Source of the DNA: Nemertoderma westbladi
Lineage: Eukaryota > Animalia > Xenacoelomorpha
DNA: 64,000 nt
Direction: 5' to 3'
NCBI GenBank assembly: GCA_032718475.1
Contig: JAUCBJ010003342.1
Location: forward strand, 50,216 to 114,215
Made by a program: the position numbers and the translations under genes. The notes beneath the pieces are model-generated. The model was not told the origin of the DNA. It saw nothing but the letters and a program-made list of their open reading frames with translations, and searched no databases. Positions 24,893 to 35,989 of this stretch are shown here, in pieces. Position 1 is the stretch's first letter, and the number at the start of each line of letters is the position of its first letter.

Positions 24893-27800
24893 TCAGCTCC
24901 CGCAATCTTTTACCGGGAACGACTCTAATAGGGCCTCCGAGTTCGTAGTGAACTTGGTCAGAGGGAAACCCCCTGTAGCCAAGCACTCCTGCAGGCCGTG
25001 AGCCACTTCTATGGCTTGTTCTGCCGTGTCCTTGGACACCAATCCGTCGTCCATGTAGAAGTTTCTCAAGATGGACTCGATCACTTCTACTGGATACTTA
25101 CCAATCTGGGCTGTTGCCGTTTTCTTTAGAACAAACAGCGTGCCATTCGGACTATAGCGGGCACCAAATATCCTAACGTACATTTGGTATGTAACCACTG
25201 GGCCGGATAAGTCTTCATTCTCGTACCTGAGAAATCGAAGGCTATCCTGGTCGGCCTTACAGGCTCTTACCTGGTGGAACATCGCCTCGATGTCACAAGT
25301 AAATGCGAATCGCCGCTGTCTAAAACGCAACAATATTCCTATCAAATAATTGTTCAGGTTGGGTCCGTCCATCAACTCTGAATTCAGGGACATACCTCTG
25401 TAGACTGCTGCGCAGTCGTTGACTACTCGGACTTTGTCAGGTTTGTCAGGGTGAGTCACATAGTGGTGTGGGAGGTAATAAGTCTGGTCTGTCACTAAGT
25501 CAGGGTCCTCTACCTTCCCAGCAAATCCCTTGGCGAAATAGTTGTTGATCTGGGCGCAATACTTCTCCCTAATGTCCGGATTCTTCAACAACCGAGCCCT
25601 TACTCCGTTCAATCTTTTCAAGGCTAAGTTGTAGTTGTTCTCCAACTTAGGAGGTTGTCGACGCCACAACATTCCAACTTCAAAATGTCCAGTCGGTAGC
25701 AGACGTATGGTATCTTCCATCATCTCCAGCGACCGTTTCTCATCAGTGGACATGGCTAGGTCATATCCACCGGGTTCCATTGCGTCCCTATCCAGCCACT
25801 CGACGGTTCTGGCTCCTGTCTCGAGGTCCTGGCGTATCAATTCCTTCTGCAATTCCTCCTCACTGTATTGGAAAATGTCTAGGTCTCGATATTTAGCCAC
25901 TTGACCCTCCACTATGTCGGTATAAGTCAAAACGTTACTCAGATAAGTAGCGTGGGCCGCTGAACCAGACCCACGGGTCTGATAACAGTAGTCCTCGGGT
26001 TCACTATCTGTCCGGTCATTGTGAAGTGGTTCCGACAACCTAACATTATCGGGAATCAACTCCTCGTCCGACTCGCTAAAGTCACTATAGTGGTCAATAC
26101 AGGTTCTCCTAAACTCGTCTATGTCTGGTGGTTCTACTAACGGTGGTTGAGTTATAGGCTGTAATTCGTCGTATCTGTCTATTGGCTTGTCGCCACCTGT
26201 AAACTCATAAGACATGGGTACTCTTGTATACCAACCTAGTATAGTCCTATGGGCATGTGGTCCATTGACATGCGGCTCAGCTGGTCTCGTTTCCCATATT
26301 TGGTGTGCTATCAGCTGTTCTGCACCAATCAACATAGAAACATCCCTATAACCTACCTGGTGTCTCGGTATCCTGAGCTTGTCAAAATACTCCTGTGCTA
26401 TGGGACTCATCGGCGGCACCTTACCTAACTGCCTGCCGAACCCCTTCATAGCTAGACACTTAAATCCGTCCAATGGCAAAGCTCTCTGTTCTTGTCGAGT
26501 ATGCTGGTCTCTTGGAAGTAGGGAGTCTAGTTCCACCGAAATTCTGTGTCCCTTGAGGTCCCCTACCCCATGCATAGACTTCAACTCTATTTGGATTTCC
26601 TCTGCGTCCTGGAAGCTAGAAACGGCTCTCGCCACTTCCTCGTCGATATACGATAATGTGGACGCAGTGTCCAACATCACATATATTCGCTTCGATCCCT
26701 TATCGCCAGTGAGTTTCACCGGAATCACGCTAAATATTTCCGACGTGGCCGATGATAAATACGTCCGCGCGCTGGTCGATGAACTATCCGCGGTGAAACC
26801 TTGGCAGGTCACCTCTCTCGTGCTCGACTCGCCATCCTCGTCCGACGAACCTGGTTGGTAACCATCGTCCTGAATGCCGGTATACGTATTCCTTCTTATC
26901 GATCTGGGTTCTTTGCTCCCCTTCCTGTGAGGATTTCGCTGTAAGTAACGGTCCGTTGGGGTGTGGAAATCTGCATGTAGCAACTTGTGATGTAGTCTGC
27001 CGCATTCCATGCATCCGTCCTTGCTGTTCGGGCACTGCCGCCGTACATGACCTGGTGCAAGACATGCCCAACAGGTGTCCAACGTCCGCACTTGAACTCT
27101 TCTCTGTTCCGAATTTAATTCTTTGAACCGTCTGCAACTATCTAACTTATGGTCGTCAGATCTTACCTCCTTTAGTAAACAGTATTGGCAACCTACAAAT
27201 CCATCCGGCAACTCCTGTTGCTTTAACCTAGGTCTATCTAACCGCTCACCTGACCATACACCTGATCTAAAGGCTGGGGTACTCGAATTATATCTGTCTA
27301 CTGAGTTAAATGTCACAGTGGTCCTGTCATCGTCAAAACTTACCATAGACTTACCGGTAACAGGTTTAGACTCTCTCATATTCTCCTCTGAGAAATTTGA
27401 TTTCATCTCTGCTACTGCATCTGTGGCTATCAAGTCATGAATATGCTGAAGTGTCAACACCTTACCTTGACCCTCCAACTTATTCTCTAATTTGCGCCAT
27501 TTCTGTCTGTAACGCATGTTTAAACGTCTTATTACGCTCTTTAAAACTTCGGCGTGATCACCATGATGAGGTAGATTCACCGTCCTCAAGATGTCCAATG
27601 CGTTCGAAATAGCGTTCGCTAAGTTCAACAGCTCTAACGGAGTTGTAATCCTTCCGCCCTTACCCAAGTCTTCTACTATCGACTGTGCCATCTTGGTTTT
27701 ATTCCCGTAGATGTCGCTAAGCGTCTTCATCGCCAACTCAAATGCTCTTTCATTACCGACGAAATTGTCAGCAATGGCTCTAGGTTCTCGATGGAGCATC

Positions 27801-28099
27801 TGAAGCAAGTAGTTGAACTTCTCATTGGGAGTAAAGGTGCTGTTGGTTAGCTGCTCGTCGACATAGGTTTTGAAAGTCCTCCAGTGCTTGTGGTTACCCA
27901 TAAACTTCTGGGGTTGTTGCGTCGGCAGTCCTTGTCTAGCAGCAAACTTACCTATGTCCCTAAGGGTTGCGTCGTTCCGGGTTAACAAATGGTTTAGTTC
28001 CACAGGGTTGTTAAGTCTGGTCCTTTCCCGGGGATTGAGACTTACCTGCTCCGCGTCCATCCTTCTTTCCTTATAGTTTCGGGACTTCTGACGTCTCAT
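24893..28099 (-). CDS. gag-pol: Element A Gag core, zinc knuckles, aspartic protease and reverse transcriptase
   Basis: KFMGNHKHWRTF..EKFNYL (Pao Gag); CWACLAPGHVRRQC..CMECGRLHHKLLH; MLDTASTLSYI; YLPHH..KVRVVND; DIEAMFHQV; FYMDD. Confidence 0.95.
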   Translation of the reverse strand: MRRQKSRNYKERRMDAEQVSLNPRERTRLNNPVELNHLLTRNDATLRDIGKFAARQGLPTQQPQKFMGNHKHWRTFKTYVDEQLTNSTFTPNEKFNYLLQMLHREPRAIADNFVGNERAFELAMKTLSDIYGNKTKMAQSIVEDLGKGGRITTPLELLNLANAISNALDILRTVNLPHHGDHAEVLKSVIRRLNMRYRQKWRKLENKLEGQGKVLTLQHIHDLIATDAVAEMKSNFSEENMRESKPVTGKSMVSFDDDRTTVTFNSVDRYNSSTPAFRSGVWSGERLDRPRLKQQELPDGFVGCQYCLLKEVRSDDHKLDSCRRFKELNSEQRRVQVRTLDTCWACLAPGHVRRQCPNSKDGCMECGRLHHKLLHADFHTPTDRYLQRNPHRKGSKEPRSIRRNTYTGIQDDGYQPGSSDEDGESSTREVTCQGFTADSSSTSARTYLSSATSEIFSVIPVKLTGDKGSKRIYVMLDTASTLSYIDEEVARAVSSFQDAEEIQIELKSMHGVGDLKGHRISVELDSLLPRDQHTRQEQRALPLDGFKCLAMKGFGRQLGKVPPMSPIAQEYFDKLRIPRHQVGYRDVSMLIGAEQLIAHQIWETRPAEPHVNGPHAHRTILGWYTRVPMSYEFTGGDKPIDRYDELQPITQPPLVEPPDIDEFRRTCIDHYSDFSESDEELIPDNVRLSEPLHNDRTDSEPEDYCYQTRGSGSAAHATYLSNVLTYTDIVEGQVAKYRDLDIFQYSEEELQKELIRQDLETGARTVEWLDRDAMEPGGYDLAMSTDEKRSLEMMEDTIRLLPTGHFEVGMLWRRQPPKLENNYNLALKRLNGVRARLLKNPDIREKYCAQINNYFAKGFAGKVEDPDLVTDQTYYLPHHYVTHPDKPDKVRVVNDCAAVYRGMSLNSELMDGPNLNNYLIGILLRFRQRRFAFTCDIEAMFHQVRACKADQDSLRFLRYENEDLSGPVVTYQMYVRIFGARYSPNGTLFVLKKTATAQIGKYPVEVIESILRNFYMDDGLVSKDTAEQAIEVAHGLQECLATGGFPLTKFTTNSEALLESFPVKDCGS

Positions 28100-30429
28100 G
28101 TCTTCCTCTTCATCGCTTGATTCGGTGTCAGTCCTCGCGATGGTTTGCGCGCCGAGGCCCTGACCCAGGCTTCTTGAATAAATTTCTCAGCTGAGTTTTC
28201 GAAATTGGGATTATGTATCGTAGGGACAGGCATCCTTACCTGAGGTCTATGTGGTATAGTTGCCTCCGATATACGTACTCTTTGACTAGGCTGGACTTTA
28301 TCTAACTCAAGCCTGCTAGGATTAGAATTACTTCTTACCTGGGCTGCTTCCTTTAACCGTAGGTTGCTAAGCATGTCCGTTATAGGTTGGATGTGCGGTG
28401 ATATAGCTTGCGCTAAACTAGCACTTAACTCATCCCTCGTAATAAATTCCTGGCTAGGGTTCTGTTGTATAGTCAGCTCTATCTGAGTAATCCGCTGTCT
28501 CTCATATGATCCCTCTTCCGGTTTAACCCGGAAGTTCTCCGTCGAACTGGGTCGGCGCTCCGTCCGCGTATTCCAAACTCGCGGGTTCGGTTCGCCCAAT
28601 ACTCGGCCCGTCGGAGTTTCTCCTCTAAACTCTTCGTTGTTCTCGCGTTCGGTATGTAGTGGTGCGGTGCGATGATGCGCTGGATTCTGCGCGATAGGTG
28701 AAGCACTAATACCAACTGGCATGCGATATGTAGAGAACGGTTTAGCGATCCGTGTACTCGTAATAGCTGGACCGGGTATAGGAATTCTGGTCGTCGTCGA
28801 CTCGCGTATGGTCGGAGTTCTCGCTTCCTGTTCGGCCTTCTGCAGTGCGAACAGTTCTCGCAACTCAGTCCCTACACTCGCCCCACATTCTTCGATCATT
28901 CGCATCCCCTTCTCGGCGATTTCATTCGCCTTCCTGGTCCGTTCTTCGCACTCTAAATTTAATCTCGCACTTTCCAACTGCGCCAGTTTACGTTCTTCTT
29001 CTTCCCTCGCTCGTCTCGCTGCGCTCTCTTCTTCCACTCGCGCCTTCTCTTCATACAATGCCCGTCGCTCCCTCTCGCGCTCAAGTTTGCGCTCCTTGCG
29101 CTCGCGTTCGAGTTGGAGTTTGCGTCTTCTTTGCTCGCGTTCCTCAGCTTCCCGTTTGCGTTTGCGTTGAAGTTGGAGTTCGCATTCTTCGCGTTCGCAT
29201 TGGAGTTGGAGTTCGCGCTCTTCGCGTTCGCGTTCAAGTTGGAGTTCTCGTTCTTCCTGTTCGCGTTCCGCTTGTTCCCGCTTACCTTTATCTTCCAACT
29301 CTCGCAACTTTGCGTCTAACTTACGTATGCGCTCCCGTTCCCGCTCGGCTTCCTTCCGTGCCTCCGATGCACGCAAAACTTCCGCCTGCTGTTCGTCCAG
29401 TCGGCGTCTTCTCTCCTCTGCCGAGTTGTGAGAAACAAGGGATCTAGCACATATAACCGTCCCTCGCTCGTGACTAACCTGGGAATCGCCACTGTCTCTA
29501 GATGCGTCGTCGGGTGGAGTCAACGTCCTCTGTTGGATGTTCTCCGTCGTCGGTAGCACCTGGCCCGGTACCACCACTCCACTCTGCATCAGCCAGCTGG
29601 TAACTTCCCGCTGATACCTGCGCTCCTCCTTATCTTGCGTTTCTTCCCGCTCCACTAAATCTCTCGACTCTGCGTCACTCACCTGAGTCACCTGCGCTTG
29701 TGATGCCCATAGCAGCCAGTTCTCCGTCCTAACTCGCCGAAATCGCTCCGATAACGTGCGGTGCTCCAACAAGGCTGCTAAAACCCTGTCGTAAATCCTC
29801 GTCGCCACGTCGCTCGACTGAGATTCTACTGCCTTCTTTGCTAGGACTGCAAGCTCCTCCGTTTGTTTGAATAACGCTGAGTTGTATCCTTTTCTAATCT
29901 CTACTAACCCTTCCCTTCCGATGTTCGCTGAGTCGGCTAACATCTTCCTTACCTTGTCCGCCGTCCGAGTTATATGTCCGGCATGCGCGCGAAGTTTCTT
30001 CTTTATCGCGATGTCTAGTTCTCTTTCACTTACCTGACTCACACTTGGTGGACTTGAAGGATTATTTCGGGAACTACGGGTACTCCTTTTAGCCGCTGGG
30101 ACCACGGCACTTACCATACCCACAGGTCTGGAAACCGGGCTCCGGGCTCTCGCTTCTGCTACACTACCCTCCCTATCACTCACCTCTGGTTGGGTTGCTG
30201 TACAATCCTTCCTTACAGTAGCGGTAGGGGATCCTAATACTATTACGTGAGGTTGTTGTTCTTCCTCACTAATTACTGTCTCGTCCTCCTGTTCACTTAC
30301 GTCAGCGTCACTCGCTGCGTCATCATAGTCGGCATTGTCGTCAACAGTAATATTAACGCTATCGTCAGTCGGCGGTCCTGCCGCCGTCTCATAGCTGTCC
30401 TCTAGTGCCTCCTTCTCTGAGACACTCAT
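28096..30429 (-). CDS. gag: Element A Gag N-terminal ORF (acidic N-terminus, long coiled coil)
   Basis: 777-aa ORF directly upstream of, and overlapping by 4 nt (ATGA), the Gag-core ORF. Confidence 0.75.
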   Translation of the reverse strand: MSVSEKEALEDSYETAAGPPTDDSVNITVDDNADYDDAASDADVSEQEDETVISEEEQQPHVIVLGSPTATVRKDCTATQPEVSDREGSVAEARARSPVSRPVGMVSAVVPAAKRSTRSSRNNPSSPPSVSQVSERELDIAIKKKLRAHAGHITRTADKVRKMLADSANIGREGLVEIRKGYNSALFKQTEELAVLAKKAVESQSSDVATRIYDRVLAALLEHRTLSERFRRVRTENWLLWASQAQVTQVSDAESRDLVEREETQDKEERRYQREVTSWLMQSGVVVPGQVLPTTENIQQRTLTPPDDASRDSGDSQVSHERGTVICARSLVSHNSAEERRRRLDEQQAEVLRASEARKEAERERERIRKLDAKLRELEDKGKREQAEREQEERELQLEREREERELQLQCEREECELQLQRKRKREAEEREQRRRKLQLERERKERKLERERERRALYEEKARVEEESAARRAREEEERKLAQLESARLNLECEERTRKANEIAEKGMRMIEECGASVGTELRELFALQKAEQEARTPTIRESTTTRIPIPGPAITSTRIAKPFSTYRMPVGISASPIAQNPAHHRTAPLHTERENNEEFRGETPTGRVLGEPNPRVWNTRTERRPSSTENFRVKPEEGSYERQRITQIELTIQQNPSQEFITRDELSASLAQAISPHIQPITDMLSNLRLKEAAQVRSNSNPSRLELDKVQPSQRVRISEATIPHRPQVRMPVPTIHNPNFENSAEKFIQEAWVRASARKPSRGLTPNQAMKRKT

Positions 30430-31765
30430 AGTCTAAATAATATTTGCCTTCCGGCAAAATATCTCGCAAAAGTTCGAGATATATATATAATTTAATCAAA
30501 ATGCGATTAAATTATTTGTCAAATAATCAATTGTCCAAAATGTCAAAATAAATTCGCAATGCAATATTGTGAATTTAATAGGATCTAATTTTAGCAAATA
30601 CCAGTACAATATTTAAACAAAATATTATTCTATAGCTATTATATAGTATTTAAATACCGGTATGACACAAATAATTTTTTGAATCTAATACAAAATATTC
30701 AAAATAAACTTGCCACCCGAATATTTCTAATTTTACATATATAACTCTAATTAACGCAATTTTAATTTCAAATATTATATGTATCCACTAGCGCGTGGCT
30801 ACATCTTCGGGTTGCGACTCTCTCTCTCTCTCTAACTCGAGCGATTCAAAAACCCATGGTCGGCTAAACCTAACTATCCTAACTAATAAATTGAGTTCAG
30901 CTTCGCAGTTAAACAACCGATAATTTTTTACTGCTTCCACAAACACAATGGTGCCAACAGAACAACTAACCTTGTTTGCTATGAGATTCCACGTCCGCGT
31001 CCAAAGTTTCAGTCCTTTCGCTGATTGCAAACCGAACCCGCAGACCCACACGAACCCCAAACTCAGAAGCTCCGTCTTGCCATGTATCTCCAGATGGTAT
31101 AAAATAACTAAGCGGTTATCTAACATACCGGTACAAAACTCTAGATTTTATTACAAAATAATTTTGACCAAAACTAAATTCTCACAAACCTAGCTAAAAT
31201 TTTTTCAAAAACTTACTAATTACGGCCTGCCCTGACGGCCTAAGGAACCGCTGTATTTGCGATTAGTAAACGCACTACCGTATATCCACTGTACGCAATA
31301 CAGTAAGTAAAACAGTACACCAACCTAACAGCCTAATGAATACTGTGTGCGGAACAGCAAAACAAATGTCTTTTCTACTGTACGCAGTAACAGCGATCAG
31401 CCTAATGTACTACTGTACTATTGTACGCGACCAGTGAATACAGTAATCTAAACTAACAGCCTAATGATACACTCGTCACTGTAAGCAGTAGGCCTACAGC
31501 AGACAATATGCGTGCTTTACTGTTAAAGCAGTCAAGCAATCTAAAGTAACAGTAAATAATACAGTAATCTAATGCTGAATACACTCTTTACTGCTGCAAG
31601 CAACAGCCAATATCACGTGCTTTACTGTTGAGGTAACGGCAAATAATACAGTAATCTAATTTAACAGCCTAAGAATACACTCTCTGTCCTACTGTACGCA
31701 GTACAGTACCTAATAAATACAGTAATCTAATTCGTACTTACTGTACGCAGTACAGCAAAACAAAA

Positions 31766-31775
31766 CGTGCTTTAC
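31766..31775 (-). promoter_or_regulatory. Non-canonical primer-binding-site position of element A (GTAAAGCACG)
   Basis: Abuts the terminal CA of the 5' LTR; no TGG; complementary to LTR positions 32803-32812. Confidence 0.6.
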
Positions 31776-33997
31776 TGTTACGAACAAACTACCCGGCCTA
31801 ACCAATAAAGACACAAAACTGCTCTATTTACTAGACAGGGCAATCAGGAGCGTATAATTACTAATATAGGGTTGCATGCAAAACCACTACTTACCGTTGG
31901 ATGGCGCTAATCTGCCGTCCGCTAATATATTTCCTAAATTTCTACAGCTCCTGCTAAATTCTCGTTCCTTTCTCTACCAATTACTCGATAGAGAGCTAAC
32001 TGTTTGAATATATGAGCCACGCGGGAATAACCAAAACAATAAACCCAAATCGGCTCCCTAAGCTGACTTAAGACGAGTGTGAGAGATTTGACACTCAGAG
32101 TGTATTTTATAGCCTAATCCTACTGTAAAATTGCGCTTACAACTACGTCCTTTCTAATCGCATCTAATCGCATCTAATCACAATACTGGGGTTCCCTAAC
32201 GGAATGTGTGAATGTGAGAATATTTAAAATAATCAAAATTGATGCAGCGTTTATTTCGGGACTCAGACTTATCTGCGGCTGGCTTTAGACCAGCAATTTA
32301 CTGATGCGCGCTGTATACTGTATACTACGATGTGAATTTTGTCCGCTAATTCAAATAACCGCCCAGCGTGAATAGTGTACGGTACTCTAAAATTATTACC
32401 TTAACTACCCTCCGCTATGCAGCGTACAAATTCTTAATTTTACTAATTAATTACAGTCACAAATATGTAACGGCGTACTAATTACTAAGTATTCCAGAGT
32501 GCGTAATTCTAAATTATTACGCAACGGGTCACACTAGCAACAGCCTAAAATACCGTATTATTTTCAACCTAATCAGAAATTAATTACAGTAAACTAAGAA
32601 ATAGAAATCAATCAAAGGGAAAAGAGCGCCTATCCAAGCTGCCAAGCATTCGTGATTTATTAGGCACACTTTAGTAACACACCAATCAGCATAACAATCT
32701 ATAGTTTATACTTACCAATTTAGTTCTTAACGCACAATTCACAATCAGCAGTCAAACAACAATCGCAATCTACAGTTTAGCTAGCAATTCACAACTCGCA
32801 ACGTAAAGCACGCAGATCTCTCCCGGCTACGTCTAGGCTTCCTAACTAACCCAAATCCTGTCCCCCTAATACTACAAAATAGAGACAAAACCTGGATCAT
32901 CAGCCCCTAATTACTGAACCGGCGTACCTGACCCACTTTACGCTGCAAACTTTGCATTCGCAATAGTAATCCCCCCAATGTTGCTTGTCTTTGAATCCTC
33001 CGCACTCCCGTCGTCGCTAACCCCCCAATGCGCCCGCCGCGCTTACCGGTACCCTAGCCCTCCATCAGAATGAGTAGCTACCGTAGCGGTACATGCAAAT
33101 CACAAGGTCTGACAGTCTAAGAAATCCCATGGGATTATTGTCGAAAGGAATCACATAGAACCATTTACTAAGGGGTAGAAATCATAGTTCCAATTTGTAA
33201 TTAACAGTGATCATTGAGATTGATTGAGAAACACAAACAAGAATCAAACAGAAATTGCAAATTAGCGAATTATTGCAAGAAAATCAAAAGGGCAGTAATT
33301 TACACAGAAAACTAAGCATCGAATAATAGTTGAACAGGGAATAAAGTGAAGGTGAGCTGTGTGGGGTGTGGTGGATGACTAAGGATGTGTGGAATAAGTA
33401 ACAATGGAAGTACGCCAATTTATAGGTGATTTGAGAAGGGTGATGCAATCGATCTCTCATTGGCTCCCCAATCCGAGCTACAATTAGACCAACCTGGAAG
33501 CAGTTAGGCCAATAAGAGAGCCGGATTGTGAACCTATTGCTCCCTGGATTCGCAAATTGCCACCATAAAAGGTAATTTTCCCGATGCTTAATTTGGCGGT
33601 ACTAATTATATCATGCACAAATATAAATTTAGCGCAATTATAGAGAAATTAAAACCAGTAGCTAGCCTCATCAAGGCTAATAACGGCAAGCCCATATCCA
33701 GGGTCCAACAAGGACTTGCTACCCTGGAACTATCTACTTATATCCTATTACAAAATTACATAGGTAGGGCTACATACTATACAAAATGGATGAGTTCAAA
33801 ATATATGGGCGTTTCAACTTCCTTATCTAAATATCATTGCGCGTTATGCCTTATCTAAATAATTATACTGCATCACGGACTAATATATGATACTATATAA
33901 TGGACTAATATATTATACTGTATAATGGACTAACGTATGTACAGTACAACGGACTAATATATTACATAATGTAGGTACAGCGCCATATACCGTAACA
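31776..33997 (-). repeat. 5' LTR of element A (2222 bp)
   Basis: tgttacgaacaaac...accgtaaca; candidate TTCAGT initiator at 32918-32913. Confidence 0.95.
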
Positions 33998-35113
33998 GTC
34001 TTAGAGGCGATGACACAACACCTTGTCACCTCTTTTGCTAGAGCTCGCCAGTGATTCCTCCCATTTTGCTGTACAAATAATCCCTCATATGGCTGTATGT
34101 TTTCTAATGCACTTCTCATCACTTCCACGCCAAGATCTCTAGATATGTAATTCATAGAGTACAAGGATATCTCAACTCTTGTACATCCATATTGCTGGAT
34201 CAATGGGACAGGGTTTCTGCAATCAGCATAGTCTGCCAAATGCCCTCCAAAATTCTCCAATACTTATCCTGCTTCAAACTGGCAAACAATTTTGTTGTAC
34301 AGCTTCACTCTCATTGTATTTCCGCCCCAAGATGTGATGTATGTCAACACATGATTTCCCACATGGTTCCCACAGGTTTTCCAAAATTGTGGGCTGATCA
34401 CCCTCCAATGCTGCTTGAAATGTCCCTTCCAACCTCCAACCTTTTGTTTCCACTAGATGTTTGACTATTGCCTTCCTATCGAGGGTTCCAGCAAAGTCCT
34501 TAACGTTAGCATAGTCAACAGAGTATATTCCCCATCCACATGTCTGCAGTACTCTGCCAAATTCAGCCAAGTGCTCCTGCAGATCATCTAGGTTGATTAC
34601 AGATACATCCAACTTTGCAACAAAGACAGCAACAGGTTCTTTTTGTTCAAGGTTTTTCCAGTTTTTGATATATTTATCAGTCATCTCTCTTTCAATTTTA
34701 TGCACTGTTCGCATTATCACTCCATGCGATTGTAATGGTACAGAGGCTAATATTTTTGTGTGTATAAAGTCATCACAGTTCTTCCCGATTGTTTGTGTTG
34801 CCTCCCTCCTCAACTTCTCCACAATATAAGAGGCAGACCCAAACCTTCCAGTTGTTAACATGACATAACTTTTGGTTCTCACAACTTGATCTTCTCGAAG
34901 ATACCCATATACATAAAGATCGTCAACAAACATTTCCAATTCAGGCACATCTTGAAGCAACATACAACCTCCATTGCCTCCTAGGTAATCTACTTTTGAT
35001 ATATCAGTCAAAAGATTAGACTCATGGGCATTCTCTAACAGTAGATGCATGCAAGCTGACTTCGGTGCTCTCAACCCCACATTCACTGTCATAGGAATAA
35101 AATTCGCAGTCAT
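33998..35113 (-). pseudogene. N-terminal part of a Rep_trans-like (rolling-circle initiator-like) gene
   Basis: Frames join as IYSVDYANVKDFAG..TILEN / VGNHVLTYITSWGGNTMRVKLYNKIVCQFEAG*VLENFGGHLADYADC..GCTRVEISLY; one frameshift and one stop. Confidence 0.55.
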
Positions 35114-35519
35114 AGGATCAAAGTTCGCAATCGATTTGTAAGTGAGGCAGACTTATTAATTTTCATTGGAACAAAATTTACTAAAATCGGAAAAAAGTTT
35201 GCTGTGAATTGGTACAAAATTCGCCTTTTCACATTTTAGGAACAAAATTCGTGCTCCGAGCTCAGACAACTGAGAGGCAAAGCATGCACATTGTTGCGTG
35301 GTAGTATGCGCAAGTTTCAGTGCAGTATTTGCATCAGCATTATGTGCAGTTATGGATTATAAATAATAAATAATATAATTTTGGAATAATAAACAATGTG
35401 ATTATTGAATAATAAATAATGCGATTGTGGATGATAAATAATGCGATTATGGAGCATCAACATCTAAAGGCAGAAGAAAACAATCGTCTACTTTGGATTC
35501 TTATTAATTTTACTAAAGA

Positions 35520-35680
35520 AGGGGATGCATATTTTGTAATAATACTGGTGATAATGAATGATAAGCCATGTGAATTTGTATCGAAGGTTTCAAATGGACC
35601 CAGAAGCCTGAAAAAACACTTACAAAATCGACATCTGTCAGTGTATGAAGAATTTCAGGAAGCCGAAAAAGTAATTGCCT
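35520..35680 (+). pseudogene. BED zinc-finger remnant (DNA transposon, possibly hAT)
   Basis: KPCEFVSKVSNGPRSLKKHLQNRH. Confidence 0.45.
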
Positions 35681-35989
35681 CAAAGGAAGAACCAATTTGT
35701 AAAGACAAAAACGGGACAAAAATGAGACAAAATATTGGTCATCTGGTGATCCAATTTGAGGCACCATTGAAAATTTTCTTGTTGTAAAAAAAAACAAAAT
35801 ATGACCAAGAGTACAATACACAATACAATCAATCGGCAACATTATAAACAACACCTAATTTTCAGTGAGTTAACAAGACCATATTAATACATTACTGGCG
35901 ACATTTGTGGTATGCAGTTTCATCAAGAGCTCGTGCCAACATGTTCACAAATAAAGATTATGGATTCCCTGATAAAATGAAGTATATGA

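Larger units (their letters stand above)
16597..33997 (-). mobile_element. BEL/Pao LTR retrotransposon A (17.4 kb), full domain set, frameshifted, with extra 3' ORF
   Basis: Near-identical ~2.2-kb LTRs with TG..CA ends; TSD GTCTT at 16592-16596 and 33998-34002; gag-PR-RT-RH-IN order with Pao-specific motifs; PPT TTGGAGCGG next to the 3' LTR. Confidence 0.97.

Noticed and set aside
32895-32905. CTGATGA hammerhead-core motif near the predicted start of the A transcript
   Set aside because: No downstream GAAA core or compatible stems were found.
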